This document shows, piece by piece, positions 1 to 11,527 of a stretch of 64,000 nucleotides of DNA. The notes beneath the pieces are model-generated. The model was not told the origin of the DNA, did no database searches, and worked only from the letters and a program-made list of their open reading frames with translations. The DNA comes from Nemertoderma westbladi (taxonomy: Eukaryota > Animalia > Xenacoelomorpha), in contig JAUCBJ010008551.1 of NCBI GenBank assembly GCA_032718475.1, forward strand, positions 1 to 64,000. Reading direction: 5' to 3'. Position 1 is the stretch's first letter. Every line of letters begins with the position of its first letter. Position numbers and translations under genes: made by a program.

Positions 1-279
1 GTGATTAAACCCGTGGCGCGTATTGCCCTTCGACGGGGGGTTCCATTGGCCAAAAGAGCTGGGAGGAAAATTCTTAAACAAGCAATACGAAAGGGGGTTC
101 CCCAATTAAAAAAAACGGGGAAGAAATTAATAAATCAGGCTTTAGCGCGTTCTAAACCGTCGACCAGGGAAGTAGCAAACAAAATTATGGAGGAAGTTTT
201 AAATAGTGAACAGAAGCAGTCAATAAACGGACAACGTAAAAAAAGGAAACGACGGATTTGTCGCGATATTTTTAGCTAG
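1..279 (+). CDS. Polinton/adintovirus basic core or membrane-lytic protein (probably 5'-partial)
   Basis: K/R-rich amphipathic sequence (RRGVPLAKRAGRKILKQAIRKG) with C-terminal KKRKRRICRDIFS. The RDIF-type ending and position just upstream of the capsid gene are typical of Polinton/adintovirus core ORFs. Confidence 0.7.
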   Translation: MIKPVARIALRRGVPLAKRAGRKILKQAIRKGVPQLKKTGKKLINQALARSKPSTREVANKIMEEVLNSEQKQSINGQRKKRKRRICRDIFS

Positions 280-291
280 TTAATCGGCAAA

Positions 292-1545
292 ATGGAGGAT
301 TTTGTTAATGAGGAACTTAATCTATTTAGTAGTATCGATTCACAGGATGCGATAGAAGAATGTTTTGAGCATGACGTTTTCCCAATTACAACGCTTGGGG
401 AGGGTACTTCAATAATTGATTTTTCAATTGAGAGGTCGGAAGATCATTATACTGTAGCCCAAGAAACAATTTTAGAATTAGTATATCGAGTTGTAACAAC
501 GGCGCGCCCAAACAATGCCGCGATACATCAAACGCCGCTAAGTCTCGCAACACTCTTCTCTAATATTAGTGTTTTGATTAATGAGCGTGAAATAGAGAGT
601 AATACCTCAAATTATGCATATAAAGCGTTTTTGAATAGTGTATTATTGAATGATACTGTTACCAAATCAACAATATTAGCTGCCGCGGGTTACGGCGAGC
701 AAGATGAGGCGGGTCTCCCGGTGGAATTTGCAGCAGCGGAAGATTTACAAAGCAGACAATATCATGTTCAGGGTAGACTTTATATTGATCTTTTCAACCA
801 AGTACGATTTTTACCTCCAAAAACCAGTATAAAAATAAGGTTGACTAGGGCAGTTAATGAATTTAATCTAGTGTGCCCGGCTAATGTGGTTAGACCTCAT
901 ATACTAATATCAAATGCTAAACTGAAAATAAAACGAGCGAAACTAGATTCCCATTTACGTGAGCAACACGCTACTCAACTCAAAATTAGCGATTTCGTTT
1001 ATCCTATTATTCAGAATGAAGTGACCTCGTTTACTATTGCTAATGGGCAGCGTTCGATTGTTAGAGAAAATTTATTTACCAATAAGAACCTTCCCCGTTT
1101 TGTAGTTATTGCCCTCGTTCGCAATGACACCTATAATGGTAACTTATTAAGAAATTCGTTATTGTTTGAGCATTTCCATTGTAATTACCTACAGTTGACA
1201 CTAGATGGCAAAGTTCTCGGAGGAATAACCTATAAGCCTAATTTTAATAGTGGAGAGTTTATCAATGAATATTGCGCCCTCCAAAATAATTTATTATCGA
1301 TAACGCGTGGTACGAGTAATGGGATAACACCAAATCAGTTTCGAGATCGTTATCCTTTCTTTATCTGGAATCTTTCGCCTAGTGGTCATCTGGATGATGA
1401 TGAAAGACCAATGCATCGTTTTGGGAATGCGAGGCTTGAAATTTCATTTGGTCATGCATTAGGAGCTACAATAAATGTTATAATGTGGGCAGCATACGAT
1501 AGAACGATAAATATTAGTGAAAGTGGGGCAGTATCAATATTCTAG
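292..1545 (+). CDS. Polinton major capsid protein (double jelly-roll, hexon-like)
   Basis: Uninterrupted 417-aa ORF with Polinton MCP-type motifs EELNLF..Q..IE, NYAYKAFL, GRLYIDLFNQ.RFLP....IKIRLTR, LPRFVVIALV.N..YNG, FEHF, and GN.RLEI.F...L...INVI..A.YD. Confidence 0.88.
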   Translation: MEDFVNEELNLFSSIDSQDAIEECFEHDVFPITTLGEGTSIIDFSIERSEDHYTVAQETILELVYRVVTTARPNNAAIHQTPLSLATLFSNISVLINEREIESNTSNYAYKAFLNSVLLNDTVTKSTILAAAGYGEQDEAGLPVEFAAAEDLQSRQYHVQGRLYIDLFNQVRFLPPKTSIKIRLTRAVNEFNLVCPANVVRPHILISNAKLKIKRAKLDSHLREQHATQLKISDFVYPIIQNEVTSFTIANGQRSIVRENLFTNKNLPRFVVIALVRNDTYNGNLLRNSLLFEHFHCNYLQLTLDGKVLGGITYKPNFNSGEFINEYCALQNNLLSITRGTSNGITPNQFRDRYPFFIWNLSPSGHLDDDERPMHRFGNARLEISFGHALGATINVIMWAAYDRTINISESGAVSIF

Positions 1546-1593
1546 AATAATGTGAAAGAGTGAAGCAAACAAGTGTAAATCAATTTCTAGAAA

Positions 1594-2013
1594 ATGTTAA
1601 ACTCTAACGATTTAAACAATTTCCCCTTAGGGGAACATTATCAGGGGTCTTTTCCTATAAATCGCCTACCCAATAAGCAGAATAAAAAAATGAGTTTCAT
1701 ATCAAATACTCAAGCGGCTCATTTACCTGGGATGCATTGGGTTGCAATTTTCGTAGACTGTGACCGTGGTGAATATTTTGATTCATTCGCGCGATATCCA
1801 CCCCCGCAAATCGAGGACTGGTTGCTACGTAATACTAAAAAGTGGTTTAGAACGAGGCAGATTGTTCAACACCCGCTGCGAACTAGTTGTGGGGGTTATT
1901 GTTTATTTTATTTATACGAAAGAGGAAAAACTTCTACTCCATTAAATTTTTTTGGGGAAGATTTAAATAAAAATGAGAGACTGCTCGCCTGCTGGTTGAA
2001 GGAAAAAATCTAA
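1594..2013 (+). CDS. Adenain-like (adenovirus-type) cysteine maturation protease
   Basis: 139 aa with NT....PGMHWVAI (catalytic His), EYFDSF (Asp), and Q.....SCGGYCLFYL (oxyanion Gln and catalytic Cys). Confidence 0.9.
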   Translation: MLNSNDLNNFPLGEHYQGSFPINRLPNKQNKKMSFISNTQAAHLPGMHWVAIFVDCDRGEYFDSFARYPPPQIEDWLLRNTKKWFRTRQIVQHPLRTSCGGYCLFYLYERGKTSTPLNFFGEDLNKNERLLACWLKEKI

Positions 2014-3004
2014 ACTTTAATTTTTATAAATTATATTATATTATGTGTTACTTGTTAAGTGTTTTATGTTCATTATTGAGTGTGTTATATATCATAAATG
2101 TTATAATGTATTATCGTAGAGAAAAAATGAAAAATAACCGGTTAAACATCTTATATTTTTAAACAATATGGGGAAACAAGAATAAATAATTTACCGACAA
2201 CATCAATATTAAATAATATAACAACAACGGATAAATAATTTACCAACAACATTAATAATAAATAATATAAGAACATCAACAATAACAAAAGATATAGTCA
2301 GAACAGTTTTTATTAAATAGAGACTGTTTATATTAATAGGGTTGCTGGTCTCCGCGAGTAACGCTTGGTTTAACCCTTTTTCAGGAGAAAGATGCCTTCT
2401 CTGAGAGAACGTTTTAGTAAATAGGTCTGGTGCAAAGGAAAGGGATTAGTAGAGAGGATTGCGTGTTTAGAGGCGCTTCATTGTTATGATACGGGCTGCC
2501 TGGATATAGGAAAGGGACAAAGCGACGCCGGCTATAGTGGGAACAATGGAGGGCCGCTTGAGCATTAGCCTTGGGCGATATACGGATTTGCTGTAGTCAA
2601 GGCCGCATTGGGATTATTAGTGAGTCATCGAGGGGGCTGCTAACAGACGGGACCGCTGATTTATATTTGCCTTGGGGGTATACGTATAGATTCACTGCCT
2701 GTCGTATCTAGTTAATGAATAATGATGGCAGAGGAGGGGCCCCCGCCGATGAACGCAGTTGATAGTTGCCAGTAGGGAGCCGTATACCATAGCCATTATA
2801 AAGTTAAAAATAGACATTATGTCATAGTGATCTCGTTGGTAATATAAAAACTAATTAATCTAAAAATAGAAATCAATGTATAAAGTAAAAGTAATATATA
2901 CAATTAATTAATTTAAAATAAAGTACAAATGAATAAATACAAGTAAAATAAATACAAATAATTAATTAAAATTAAATATAAATAAATAAGTATTAATGAA
3001 TAAA

Positions 3005-3348
3005 AGAGCTGCGGTGTCACTTATGACACCCTCTTCCCCCTTCTCTGCGACAGTTAGACATCACTGATGACCCATTGTGTGTCAGGGCGCTAATCAGTCT
3101 GATTAATTAGGATAATCAATTAAACCCTAATTAGGAGTCATATGACACCTGTTAGGGTTTAATTATACTAATTAATTGATGACACCTGTCAATTAGGGTC
3201 TAATTAGCCTAATTGGGAGGTGTCACCCAGACAGTCTGGCGCCAATGACACCCAATGACACCCATAGGGTGATAATTGGGTGTCATATGACACCCAATGG
3301 GTGTCAGTTAGGTCTAACTGTCACAGAGAGGAGGAAGACCCTACTACT
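3005..3348. repeat. Polinton terminal inverted-repeat region rich in GACACC/GGTGTC palindromes
   Basis: Many GACACC(C) and GGGTGTC motifs; perfect 24-bp palindrome ATTGGGTGTCATATGACACCCAAT at 3275-3298; AATTAAACCCTAA...TTAGGGTTTAATT inverted pair near 3118-3164. The inner TIR boundary cannot be fixed without the other end. Confidence 0.65.
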
Positions 3349-4176
3349 ATAAAACGCTTACTAAGCCCTATCATAATTATTGTTGTCAGCTGCTTGTGTC
3401 TCTCCATGACAAACATGGTTCAAAGGAACTGCTTTATAAATTTGAAAAGGTACAAAATTACGCATTACGCACTATTTTCGGGAAGAAAATTACAGACAGC
3501 AGTGGAACGGAGTTGAGGCAGAAAGGCGAAATTCCGTTACTCTCTGCAGTTCGAGAATATTATGTGCTTATATACTTTTACAAATATATGCATAAGCTTA
3601 TAGAAGCTTTTAAAACTTTGGATCTGCCGTTTTTAGCAAAAAACAATATTAGGTTAAATCCACAAACTGGGAATATCGTTATTCCAAAATCTAAAAATAG
3701 GTTTGGTCACGATAGTATAATTGTGAAATTGGTAAAATTATGGAATTCGCTCCATATCGATGTAATCAAGTCACCAAACCTTGCAACTTTTAAACAACAT
3801 TTGAAAAATATATTTCTAAGTAAATACAGTCGAGAAGAAGTAACTTAGCTGGAGGCTCTTTATTGTCTGCCAGAGGGGGGGGGGGGGGGGGGGGGGTGTG
3901 TAACTGCTCCATAACGAAACCAAGGTTTCTGCATGGTTCGGGGGGGGGTAGTAATATTTGTGCTCAACTAAATTTTTTTTTTTATTTATTATATGTACTG
4001 TACTTACACATGTCTTATTTCCGGTATTACATACATAGGAGTAACTTAGTTGCTCCTGTACACTGATGCTATTGTTCCAAATAATCATTTAGTGTGTGAC
4101 ATTGAATGCCCAGTGCAATTTTTTATCATAAATTCTCTGGTTTTAAGGATCAATAAAGAAATTATTATTATTATTA
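3349..4176 (+). mobile_element. 3' end of a CR1/L2-like non-LTR retrotransposon (C-terminal part of ORF2 plus 3' UTR)
   Basis: The frame from 3348 reads YKTLTKPYHNYCCQ...KFEKVQNYALRTIF...KLWNSL...TFKQHLK (post-RT region of CR1/L2-type ORF2), stop at 3848. AATAAA at 4152 is followed by an (ATT)n tail to ~4176. Confidence 0.75.
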
Positions 4177-4325
4177 ATTAAGTTAATTATGGTAAAAACA
4201 CCATTTTCAACCTGCCTTTTAAAGGAAATTAATTATTTTACAGTATAAGATTTAAATAATTATACTTAAAAATTATACAGATGTAATCCACATACCCTAT
4301 TCTATTATAGTTTTTAATTAGTTCA

Positions 4326-5130
4326 AGTTGCTGGTGCCGTCGTAGTATACGTTGGCCAGTGCCGTCGTATACCAGTACACAGTCTTTAATTAACATATTA
4401 ATCCGTTAACAAGATCAGAAACCGTAAACGAAGAAATTAATTTCCTTTCATTGCTGACAGGAGCATAGAAACGCGGTATAGTGCTGTTGTAGTTCAGTAC
4501 TGTAGCAGTTCTGTAGTTGGCAGTTGCTACCAGTCCGGTTCTACAGTCTGACAGTAGTAGGAGTAGGCAGGTAGGGCGGTACGGTGGATGGCGCCAACGG
4601 CAGAATGGACCCTCTAAACTAATTCAGGACCGCAGTCCAGCAGTCCGCACTGCACTGCATGGCTAATTAGGGCCTACAGAATTTGGCCTGTCCTGTACCA
4701 GTATACATGATCTATAATCACTACACCAGTCAGCCAGTGCCGTAAAACACCAAACACAGTATGGTATTGCAGTATTGTTTAGTATTGTAGTATTTAGTGA
4801 TTGAGTATAGTATCGGTACAGGCAGACAGGCCACTATGGTTTTACTGTAATTTCGTAATTTGCCAGAAACCCAGCTGATTTAGTCTCCTAGCAACCCGCT
4901 GATGTCAAGCGTTATAATTTTGGATAAATCAATTTATTATAACTGTAAGACAGTTACACTGGTGCTGCACAAAGGCCCCAAGCAAATTAAACTTGGAAAA
5001 TTTCTCAACTTTTGACAGACTATTTGTCTACCAAGTTTAGTTACATTTCTTCGAGGATTGATCGAGTTATCAACGTTCAAAATTGAACACTGCAAAAAAG
5101 TGACAGATTAACAGAATGACAGAACGACAT
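4326..5130 (+). repeat. Copy 1 of an ~800-bp interspersed repeat (direct copy at ~6208-7027)
   Basis: Long colinear matches, e.g. CAGTCTTTAATTAACATATT, GTTGCTACCAGTCCGGTTCTACAGTCTGACAGTAGTAGG and GATGTCAAGCGTTATAATTTTGGATAAAT, occur in both copies. Confidence 0.85.
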
Positions 5131-5760
5131 GTTCGTGGGGCCTTCGCGCAGCACGAGGCCCAGTTATGAGATACAAATTAAAATTGAGCGACTGTATCAC
5201 AAAATCAGTATTTGAGAAATTTAACCACACCGCCAATCAATCAAAGAAGGGGTGACACTATGTGTTCAGCCCTTTTAATCTGCACCACCCCCCCCCCCCC
5301 CCCCCTCCCCTTCCCACCAACCAATACATAACCGCGACATCTACCACCCACGGGCTGACAGGGTGGAAGGGTAGCACAAACTTATTTCCAATCGCACGTT
5401 CAATATGCGAAGCCATGTGGTTTATAGGAATATAATAAACGCAGTACTCGTCTTCATTATAAGCTTCGTTGAGTTCGTCCTGTTTTGTATTTAAATATAT
5501 TTATTAAACGCAGGCTGACAATCTTTATAATAATAATAACAAGGGATGCGTTCAATATGTGAAGCCAGGTGGTTTATATAATAATAATAGTCAACGCAGT
5601 ACTCGTCTTCATTATAAGTCTCGTTGTGCTCGTCCTGTTTTGTATTTAAATATCTTTCCTAAACGAAGACGTAGACGATCTTTATAATGCGCTCAATAGG
5701 CGAAGCCAGGTATCGTTTTGGTTTATAGGAATATAGTCTACGCAGCACTCATTCCTCATG
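5127..5760 (-). repeat. Inverted copy of the Helitron-like segment at 7670-8152, with ~150-bp tandem subrepeats
   Basis: GTGGGGCCTTCGCGCAGCACGAGGCCCAGTTATGAGATACAAATTAAAATTGAGCG is essentially the reverse complement of 8085-8140. Subrepeats (CAATATGCGAAGCC...ACTCGTCTTCATTATAAG) start near 5398, 5550 and 5692. Confidence 0.8.
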
Positions 5761-6207
5761 AGTTATAGTGTGGCAATGTAGATGCAGTAGTTGCACCCGA
5801 CCAGCCGGAAACTCGGAGCAATAGGCCTACTGCTTGTACAATGCGTGTCAATTTCAACACCGCTGGACACTGGGTGATGGCAGAATGAGATAAAAAAACC
5901 GGATTATTTCATCCTCGGTTACGGTTAGTCCAGTTTGCCCGTAGCGGCAGAGATACCGAAAGTCGAGGTCAACAGACAGAGGCGGGCTTGGTGGTGAGTT
6001 GTTTGATTTCAATTCCAACACTTTTCTGGGCAGCTGGGTAGACTCTGGTAGTGGGTACCTGATCTTAGAATGCCAGTCAGTTGGGTAGTTCGCATAACTT
6101 CCATTGTTGCAGTTGCCGAGTCGATGGACGGTTGGTAGGGGTAGGCCTATTGCTATTGTTGTATTGGCAGATTGGTAGGCCTATGTACATCTACATCTGA
6201 TTATACC

Positions 6208-7080
6208 AGTTGCCGGTGCCGTCAGTCGTACCAATACACAGTCTTTAATTAACATATTTAACCGTTAACAAGAGTAGAAACCGCAAATGAAGAAATTCAT
6301 TTCCTTCCGTCGCTGACAGGAGCGTAGAAATGCGGTATAGTGCTGTCGTAGTTCAGTACCGGTACCGTACCGGTAGTTCTGTAGTTGGCAGTTGCTACCA
6401 GTCCGGTTCTACAGTCTGACAGTAGTAGGGCGGTACGGCACCAACGGACCCTCCAATCTAATTCAGGACCGCAGTCCAGCACTCCAGAGTCCACACTGCA
6501 GTGCATAGCATAGCATGGCTATAGGGCCTACAGAATTAGGCCTGTGGCCTGTCCTGTACCAGTATACGTGATCTATAATCACTGCACCGGTACCGCGGTA
6601 CCAGTCAGCCAGTACCGTAAAACACCGAATACAGTATGGCATTGCAGTATTGCTCTATTGTCTGATTGCAGGATACCTGATTTAGATACCTGATTCACAT
6701 TGAGTATAGTACCGGTACAGGCAGACAGGCGACAATGGTAGTACTGCAGTACTGTAACTTCGTGATTTGCTAGAAACCCGGCTGATTTAGTCTCCTAGCA
6801 ACCTGCTGATGTCAAGCGTTATAATTTTGGATAAATACATTTATTATAACTGTAAGACAGTTACACTGGTGCTGCACGAAGGCCCCAAGCAAATTCAACT
6901 TGGAAAATTTCTAAACTTTTGACAGACTATTTGTGTACCAAGTTTGGTTACATTTCCTCGAGGATTGATCGAGTTATGATGAACGTTCAAAATTGAACAC
7001 CGCAAAAAAAGCGACAGAACGACAGGTTGATTAATGGTACCCCTACGCTAAGGCTCACTCACTTCGTGGCTCGCCCCACA
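6208..7080 (+). repeat. Copy 2 of the ~800-bp repeat, ending in the motif ACTTCGTGGCTCGCCCCAC
   Basis: Colinear with 4326-5130. The terminal motif at 7061-7079 is the reverse complement of 8928-8946, and 7022-7062 is duplicated at ~7078-7122. Confidence 0.8.
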
Positions 7081-7669
7081 GGTTGATTAATGGTACCCCT
7101 ACGCTAAGGCTCACTCACTCACATAGTCTCTGCGGGGATGTAGAGCTGCTAGCTGCTGGGAGTTGTTGGTGTAGCCTTACCAGAGGGGAATTGTCTGTAA
7201 TAGGCAGCAGTAGGCCTATTGCTAATGCAACCCAGACAGCATTCCTTAACTCCAACCATACCCTGCCTGTATTTCATTTCTTACAGTATTGACCGCTATG
7301 CTATAAATGTTAGTAAAATGACAGATATAATAGCAAATACTATCCATGGCATGGCTGTTGTAGGCTTGTATATGAAATAGTTTATTCCACAATGTATTTG
7401 TCTGGTTATTTTTTAATTGAATATTTGCAAAGTAGTAAAATTAATGTTCTTAAAAATAATATTATTATTTTATATGTATCCTATGAAATTAGCTACAATT
7501 TTTCACTGCAGCTAAGAGTGTACATTGATTTAATATTATTTCAATACAAATATTACTACATCGGCATACGATGCGTTGGCGTTGTATCACACATCTCCAC
7601 AAGATATATCAGCAGTTACTGGCACAGTTTCGAAACTTCGCATAGTTATAACTGTATAAAGATCGTCAT

Positions 7670-8152
7670 TCTGCGTTTAGAAAAAATATTTTAATGCAAA
7701 ACAGGACGAGCGACGAGTGCAACGAGGCATATAATGAAGACGAGTACTATGTCGACTATATTCCTATTAACCATACCTGGCTTCGCCTATTGAAGGCATC
7801 AGTAGTTATAAAACTCGTCCGTCAGTCTACGTTTAGGAAATATGTTTTAATACAAAACAGGACGAGCACAACGACGTTTATAATAATGAAGACGAGTAAT
7901 GCCTACTGCGTTGATTATATTCCTATAAACCATACCTGGCTTCGCCTATTGAAGGCATCGGTAGGTGGGAAGGGTGGGGGGGGGGGGGGGTGCAGATTAA
8001 AAGGGGTGAACACGTACTGTCCCCCTTTTTTTGATTGATAGGTGGTGTAGGTAAATTTCTCAAAACCTGATTTTGTGATACATCCGCTCAATTTTAATTT
8101 GTATCTCATAACTGGGCTTCGTGCTGCGCGAAGGCCCCACGAACGTGTCTAG
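7670..8152 (+). mobile_element. Putative non-autonomous Helitron 3' end
   Basis: GC-rich hairpin GGGCTTCGTGCTGCGCGAAGGCCC (8114-8137) followed 11 nt later by CTAG (8149-8152) and a flanking T, which is the canonical Helitron 3' terminus. The 5' end was not located. Confidence 0.55.
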
Positions 8153-8289
8153 TACTGAATATAAAAGTTTGGATGTAGAGATATGCAGTGTGTTGTTAAA
8201 TCTATAACAACTGTAGCATGCTGCAATTTTTTGCTTTCATTAAGAATGCCATGTCAGTTTTAAATAAAATTTCACTAAACCACAACAAT

Positions 8290-8555
8290 CTAACACTCAA
8301 GACTTTCGCAAGATTATCTTTATTTTCAAGGTTTTAGTGTAATTTATGAGGATTATTAAGAAAGTCATGGGATGCCCCCTTTGCTTCTGCTCTCCCTGAT
8401 TCACACAAAGCATAAGATCATGTAATGATTGTCCCGGTTCTCATCGCAAAAGCAATGTCCTCTAAAGCAGAAGCGGTTTAGTTCAAATCTTAAGTGTGGT
8501 GGGACTTATGAGACACCTTCAAGTGATATACAGTGTCAACTTGGAGATGTGTCAT
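8290..8555 (-). pseudogene. Old, degraded RTE LINE 3' fragment
   Basis: Diverged colinear similarity to 12790-12985 (AAGAAAGTCATGGG..., AAGCAATGTCCT..AAAGC.GA.GCG, ATGAGACACCT, TTGGAGATGTGT). Confidence 0.65.
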
Positions 8556-8927
8556 AGGTTTTCTGCTTATTCATCAATAAGCAAGTTGATACCATCCGCA
8601 ATGCCGATGATGATAGTAGAAAATCAGCTCAATCGATCAATGTCAATCGATCAATATGCTGACTAGTGTTGACTAGTCTAGTGTTCGAATCCGGGTCGTG
8701 CCAGTGCGTAACTAGAACACTACAATGTCAGTCCAATACAATGTCACTACATAAAACTGTCAGCTCTTCAATACTGTACTCTACAAACCTGTATCCTTAA
8801 AAAATAGGCGAGGTTATTTTATGTAAGTTGCTGGGCTTAATGTTTTTAAAAACTAGATTAATGTAAAAGGATATATCGTAATAGATTCGTCGCCCTGCGG
8901 TGGCAGTGCCCAATGCATGATTTGTTT

Positions 8928-9452
8928 GTGGGGCGAGCCACGAAGTTGGCGGAGCCTTAGCGAATTGACACTGTTAGGGGGTGGGTCAATTTATGCAAAT
9001 AGTTGTCGTCGTTGTCGTCGTCGTCGTTGTCGTCGTCGTCGTCGTCGTTATCGTCGTCGTCGTCGTTACGATTTTGACATGCTAATAACTTTGTCGGATT
9101 TAAAGCTGCCAAGTTGAAAATTTGTAGGTATCAATATGTGCAAAAGGTGAGATTTTTGAGAGACTTTCAGACACCATCAGTGCAATGGTCTCCCGCTAGA
9201 GGGCCACATGTCTAAACATTAAATGCCCTCCCATTTCTTTGCTTTTAATCCGTTTAAGCTGAAACTTGGCAGATATGTATTAGACCATTAGCTGTGACTT
9301 TCAAAGGAGGCGAATCCATCTGCAGTTCTCCAGTCTGCCGCTAGAGGGCCAACGTGACAACGACAACTATTTGCATAAATTGACCCACCCCCTAACAGTG
9401 TCAATTCGCTAAGGCTTCGCCAACTTCGTGCTGCGCGAAGTCCCCACTTCGT
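8928..9452. mobile_element. Foldback/MITE-like element with ~70-bp inverted repeats and an internal (GTC)n microsatellite
   Basis: 8939-9009 is nearly the exact reverse complement of 9360-9430; (GTC)n at 9005-9066; flanks share motifs with the neighbouring Helitron-like repeats. Confidence 0.7.
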
Positions 9453-9966
9453 GTTTGTCTGATTTGTTTTATACTCTTGTCAATATATGGTTTATATTGC
9501 AATCCAAACACGCCATATCATAACTATTATTATCGCAGTATCTATTTTATTCTGATGTCTTAAATATTCCTGTGCGTAGGTGAATTCGCTACGCATAGAC
9601 TGGACATCCTAAAATTTTCAATTTTATTACAAAATTTAAATATGTTTATTTGTTATAGGACAATGATGTGTACTTCACAGTGTTCTGCTCATTATTATAT
9701 CATTATATTTGCTCTCAATCTCTGTGTTCGCAAACCGCTGGTGAAAACCCGGTGCTAAATAAGTCTTTAACAAAAACTATTCAGTCTTTAGAAAAAATAA
9801 TTAATTGATATGTTGTAATTGATATAAAATTAAAAAAATAATATATAAATGTAATTAATTAATACAATTGAAAGGCTACCAATAACGTCGAGGTCCATAA
9901 TAATATGAAATTAGTCCTTATTATTACAGGGTGAGATTCCCGACAGGAGAGACTCGTACAACTTAA

Positions 9967-11527
9967 CCCTATTAAACCCTGGGAGGAGGGTCAATATGAC
10001 CCCCCCCCAGTGGTTTTTTTATTATAATTCTGAAACAAACGCAGTTGGGAATCTGAAATTTTATGACTTTTCCTAAAAATCTATTGTCTTCCTAGCAGTG
10101 AAAACCGTTTTCAAAAATATTGGGTACTTTTCGAGTTATAGCACCATTTTTTAACCCTACTTTTGGCACTTTTTTTGAGACGTTTTTTGAAAATTACATT
10201 TCATTAAATATGAATTGTAACATCTCTATTTTTGATTTACACCGGTTTTTTGGTGTTAGAAATTGGATGGAATTCATATAAATTGATTTAGAAATTTCAA
10301 ACTTGTTTTTTTCGGTGGATGCTAAATTTTGGTGCCAGCACCAAATTTTGAAATATGTCAATTTTGTAAATTGATTGTTTGAAACTTGTTTTTTACGCAA
10401 TTGGGGTTTTTTGGGGTTCTGGATTCGATGAAATATATACGAGTTGCACCAAGCGTATCAAACTTGTATTTTTTGGTGAGACTGTGTGCAAATTTTGGTG
10501 CTAGCACGAAATTTTGAAAATCCATTTAATAGATAAAATTGCTTGTGACAATTTATTTCTTGCGTTTTAGAGATTTACGGCTGTTCTGAATTCAATGGAA
10601 TATATAATTATCGAACTAAACATCTCAAACTTGTATTTTTTGGATGTGGGTGCAAAATGTGGTGCTAGCACCAAATTTTGAAAACCATCAAATATATCAA
10701 TTGATTGTGTCACCTTGTTTCTTGCGCTATACGGGTTTGTGATGGTTCTGAATTCAATGGAATCAGTAAAAATTTCATAAGAGTTCTCAAACTTGTATTT
10801 TTCGCCGGTGGGTGAAAATTGTTGTGCTAGCACCAAATTTTGGAAAATATGCAAATTGATCAGTAGATAGTATCACCTTGTTTCTTGCATTATAGGGGTT
10901 TATGAGGGTCCTGAATCCGATGGAAACAATAAAAACAGCACTGGACATCGCAAACTTGTACTTTTTGGTGATGGGTACGAAATTTGGTGCTAGCACCAAA
11001 ATTTGCCAAATTACGCCGAAAAATACAAGTAGCAATGATCTGGCATATTAGAAATGTATTCCATTAGAATCAGCGCCCTCGAAAACCTGAAAATGTGAAT
11101 TTATAGCATCGTATAAGTGAATTAAAAATTTTGTGTTCTAACTGAAAAGTGCTGGTTACTTGTTTTTTTCATTTTTTTCCTACGCAGAGGGGATTAAACA
11201 GCCATTTATAGTAATCACATCATTTTTAAATATTTTTTAATGTATTTTGCACCCCAGAAAACCTGTATTGAAAAATAATTAGCCGAAAATGTAACTTTCA
11301 AATTTTGTGAAAATTGAGCACTACTTGTAATTTTGGTGCTGCAATATAACCACCCCAGTACATTTTTTCGAAAATTTTTTTTTTCGGTCGGATCCAGACA
11401 AGTGATACCTACGTACAAACAAAAAATCAGACGTTTTCGTAAACATTTGTAGATTTTAGAGGGGGGGGGGTCAATATGACCCCTCCCCGGTATTTGTACA
11501 ACATTTTATAGCCCGGTACTAATAGGG
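9967..11527. mobile_element. Non-autonomous piggyBac-like DNA transposon
   Basis: TTAA|CCCTATTA at 9963-9974 and TAATAGGG|TTAA at 11520-11531; asymmetric subterminal repeats GGGTCAATATGACCC near 9988 and 11468; about five ~165-bp internal tandem units (AAACTTGTATTTT...GGTGCTAGCACCAAATTTT) at ~10290-11010; no transposase ORF. Confidence 0.8.

Larger units (their letters stand above)
1..3348 (+). mobile_element. Right end of a Polinton/Maverick (adintovirus-like) endogenous DNA virus/transposon
   Basis: Consecutive core-protein, major capsid and adenain ORFs, then an AT-rich spacer, a palindrome-rich terminal region and the Polinton-type terminus ...CTACTACT at 3341-3348 (complement of 5'-AGTAGT). 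The left end lies outside the window. Confidence 0.9.

Noticed and set aside
3118-3165. Telomeric repeat (AAACCCTAA / TTAGGG)
   Set aside because: Single copies forming an inverted pair inside the Polinton terminal region, not a tandem array.
7123-7194. 72-bp minus-strand exon (TTACAG|...|GTGAGT)
   Set aside because: The donor comes from a duplicated repeat end, and the peptide is low-complexity with no recognisable homology.
8680-8705. tRNA or SINE suggested by GTTCGAATCC (B box)
   Set aside because: No A box or cloverleaf can be built around it.
8917-9117. Arg-rich protamine-like ORF
   Set aside because: It is the translation of a (GTC)n microsatellite inside a foldback repeat.
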